Shown here: in pieces, positions 62,145-64,000 of the stretch
Layout: each line of letters starts with the position of its first letter
How positions within the stretch are numbered: the first letter of the stretch is position 1
Assembly (NCBI GenBank): GCA_963622135.1
Contig: CAVFGR010000008.1
Coordinates: forward strand, 150,218-214,217
DNA length: 64,000 nt
Direction: 5' to 3'
Source: a bacterium
GTDB taxonomy: Bacteria; Bacillota_I; Bacilli_A; RFN20; CAG-826
Translations under genes and position numbers: made by a program
The notes under the pieces: generated by a model
Told to the model about the DNA's origin: nothing
Database searches by the model: none
What the model saw: the letters and a program-made list of their open reading frames with translations, nothing else

Positions 62145-63394
62145 ATAATGTTCTCCGTATCATCAAGATGATCAAAGAAGGAATCATAATCCTTTTCCTT
62201 TTCGATCTTTGGCTTTTTGCGGGCTTTTTTCTCTTTCACCCGTTTTTTCGAAGGAGCCTCCTCCGTATCGGCTTGCTTTTCCGATTTGGTTTCGCCTACT
62301 GAGACCGCTGGAGAGAAAGGCTTAGCAGGTGATTCTTCTTTTTCGAGCGTCTCCGCTTCAGGCAAAGAAGAAGTTGCCTCTGGCTTGGATTCGCTAAGAG
62401 TCTCTTCCTTATTAGAAGGAATCTTCGCGCCTGCCGATTCTTCGGCGATGGCTTTGTTCACATCAATTCCTTCTAATAAGAAGGAGGTGACGAACTTACC
62501 AGATTCGAAGACATGGCAGTTTCCGTTAAAGAAGATGGTTTCTTTATATTGAGTGACGACAGAATTCTTGTCGTCGACTTCCGGATTGAAGTTGAGGGTC
62601 TCCAAGAGGGTTTTTGTCCTCTCATCGACCGCTTTGGAATACTTATTGCTCAGACGATCGTACATCAATAAGCAATAGATGATGCTGACGATGGTAATGA
62701 TGCCAGCGTTGGATTGGACAAAGATGATGAAGATGCCTAGATCTGGCACTTTATGTCCGGTGTAATAACCAATGATGTCATCATAGGTCAGATAGCCTTC
62801 ATAAAGGTTGTTGTCATCATCGATGGAGTTTTTATCGCCGCGGGTATGATAGGCTTTCGTGCCGTCAGACAGAGTTTCGATAACTCTGATACGATGGACG
62901 ACGACCGTTCCCGAGCGGGATTTATAGGCGATAACATCATATAGATTGATGTCATCTTCGGAATCGTATGGGGCTAAACCGATAATATCGTGCGCATTGA
63001 ACTGATTATCCAAATTGTTTTCCACTAAGTAAGTGTTATTGGAGTTTTGCAACGACATTGAGTCGGTCGCGATGACGATGAAGGAAGCTTTGCCGAACAT
63101 CAACACGTTGTTTGAGAAACGACAATACATCGAAAATACGAAAAAGGCGCTAATGGCGCCCATGATCACGTATTCGGTGATTCGAAGGGCCTTTTTTAAC
63201 CCTCTCTTCGTTTTGTTGTTGGCCTCTTTTTGTTGATAGACGGCTTGCTCGATCAAATCAGCGTCTTCACGGCCGATCTTCACGTTTTCGATGTTCGTGT
63301 AATAGTAATTACGGAACAAGATCGTGAAGACGACCGAGAAACTGATTACGCATACGAGGGTTACCACCAAAGAAATGATTTCTACTGATGACAT
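62141..63394 (-). CDS. sipW: SipW-type (S26B, ER/archaeal-type) signal peptidase I with a ~170-aa charged C-terminal cytoplasmic extension
   Basis: N-terminal TM, catalytic-Ser region IVIATDSMSL, VVVHRIRVIE matching the SipW/Sec11 His box, a second TM LGIFIIFVQSNAGIITIVSIIYCLLMY, then a Lys/Glu/Ser-rich tail. 417 aa versus about 190 aa for B. subtilis SipW. Confidence 0.7.
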   Translation of the reverse strand: MSSVEIISLVVTLVCVISFSVVFTILFRNYYYTNIENVKIGREDADLIEQAVYQQKEANNKTKRGLKKALRITEYVIMGAISAFFVFSMYCRFSNNVLMFGKASFIVIATDSMSLQNSNNTYLVENNLDNQFNAHDIIGLAPYDSEDDINLYDVIAYKSRSGTVVVHRIRVIETLSDGTKAYHTRGDKNSIDDDNNLYEGYLTYDDIIGYYTGHKVPDLGIFIIFVQSNAGIITIVSIIYCLLMYDRLSNKYSKAVDERTKTLLETLNFNPEVDDKNSVVTQYKETIFFNGNCHVFESGKFVTSFLLEGIDVNKAIAEESAGAKIPSNKEETLSESKPEATSSLPEAETLEKEESPAKPFSPAVSVGETKSEKQADTEEAPSKKRVKEKKARKKPKIEKEKDYDSFFDHLDDTENII

Positions 63395-63444
63395 AAGCCC
63401 CTCCTTTTCATGGGTATTATAAGTTTGGTATTAGTATATCAAAC

Positions 63445-64000
63445 TTATTTAGAAGTGACTTCAATTAAGAAACTGACGTTCTTATCCGTTGCGGCTGCAA
63501 CTGCGTTATTCATCGCATTGATGCCTTCGATCGCGGCATTGACCGCAGTCTGATCAGCATCGTTGTTGGCTGGGTTATCATTGCCGAAAGTCGATCCCCA
63601 CATCCAGTTGACCGTGATTGTGACGGTCACAGAAGTATTTGAGGAATCGATGGCGCTGATATTCCAATCGTAGCCGTTTGATAAGGTGCCGGATTTGGTC
63701 GTTCCGCTCTTTTCAGTGGAATAATCAGTTCCGGTGCTGGTATAGAGAGTAACCTTATTTCCCGAATTAGCCGAAGGGTTAGTGATGTAGTTGCTGGTGG
63801 CAAGATCAGTAAGAACCTGCGGATAAGTCGGAGTGATGGTTAATTCATTTAACCTTGTGTTTAAATTCGCGCTTGTGAGCGTGAATTGGAATTGAACGCT
63901 AAGATGTTCGACATCGTTGATTTCTCCGTCTCCGGTAAATCCAGCTTGAATCAAGCCAGTATTATCGGAGGATTCTGGACCAAATACCACATAAGCGGTT
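63445..64000 (-). CDS. secreted Thr/Ser/Asn-rich protein, C-terminal part (gene continues beyond the window end); candidate SipW substrate
   Basis: The ORF stays open to the window edge, and the composition suggests a beta-rich extracellular protein (...SVTVTITVNWMWGSTFGNDNP...). It lies directly upstream of the sipW-like gene, like tapA/tasA in the Bacillus tapA-sipW-tasA arrangement. The N-terminus is not visible. Confidence 0.45.
   Translation of the reverse strand, partial: TAYVVFGPESSDNTGLIQAGFTGDGEINDVEHLSVQFQFTLTSANLNTRLNELTITPTYPQVLTDLATSNYITNPSANSGNKVTLYTSTGTDYSTEKSGTTKSGTLSNGYDWNISAIDSSNTSVTVTITVNWMWGSTFGNDNPANNDADQTAVNAAIEGINAMNNAVAAATDKNVSFLIEVTSK

Overview
This 64 kb window looks like a chromosomal segment of a low-to-moderate GC Firmicute or Mollicute-like bacterium using the standard genetic code (TGG encodes Trp; ORFs over 1000 aa are uninterrupted). 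Almost all genes lie on the minus strand in tight, often ATGA-overlapping operons.

Housekeeping content, in window order: ecfA1-ecfA2-ecfT; dCMP deaminase; smpB; gpmA; galE; the conserved pcrA-ligA-gatCAB block; asnS; tsaE-tsaB-rimI-tsaD; ung; eno; a complete oppA / oppBCDF oligopeptide system; and pdxK.

Accessory and surface content:
- Lipoprotein-type signal peptides are abundant.
- OppD, OppF and OppA are expanded in the Mollicute style.
- A TPP riboswitch precedes a fused ThiT-like ECF S component.
- A 1Fe superoxide reductase points to an anaerobic or microaerophilic lifestyle.
- Two paralogous surface proteins of about 1200 aa sit in one operon with a membrane-bound XRE regulator.
- An AbiEi-family antitoxin gene has no AbiEii partner.
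- An L-arabinose/L-fucose-isomerase-like gene is split across two reading frames.

The most unusual locus is an eight-gene minus-strand operon at 52.9-64.0 kb. It combines a SipW-type (S26B) signal peptidase carrying a long charged C-terminal tail, its presumed secreted substrate (truncated by the window edge), a membrane-anchored McrB-like AAA+ GTPase, a McrC-like partner with a C-terminal zinc ribbon, an ABC ATPase with a 12-TM permease, an ~830-aa beta-helix exoprotein, and a repeat lipoprotein ending in a Listeria-Bacteroides repeat. I do not know this combination as a described system.

I found no rRNA, tRNA, CRISPR array or transposase. Many first 'M' residues in the supplied ORF track are TTG or GTG codons; I re-set several starts to the first plausible ATG with an RBS.
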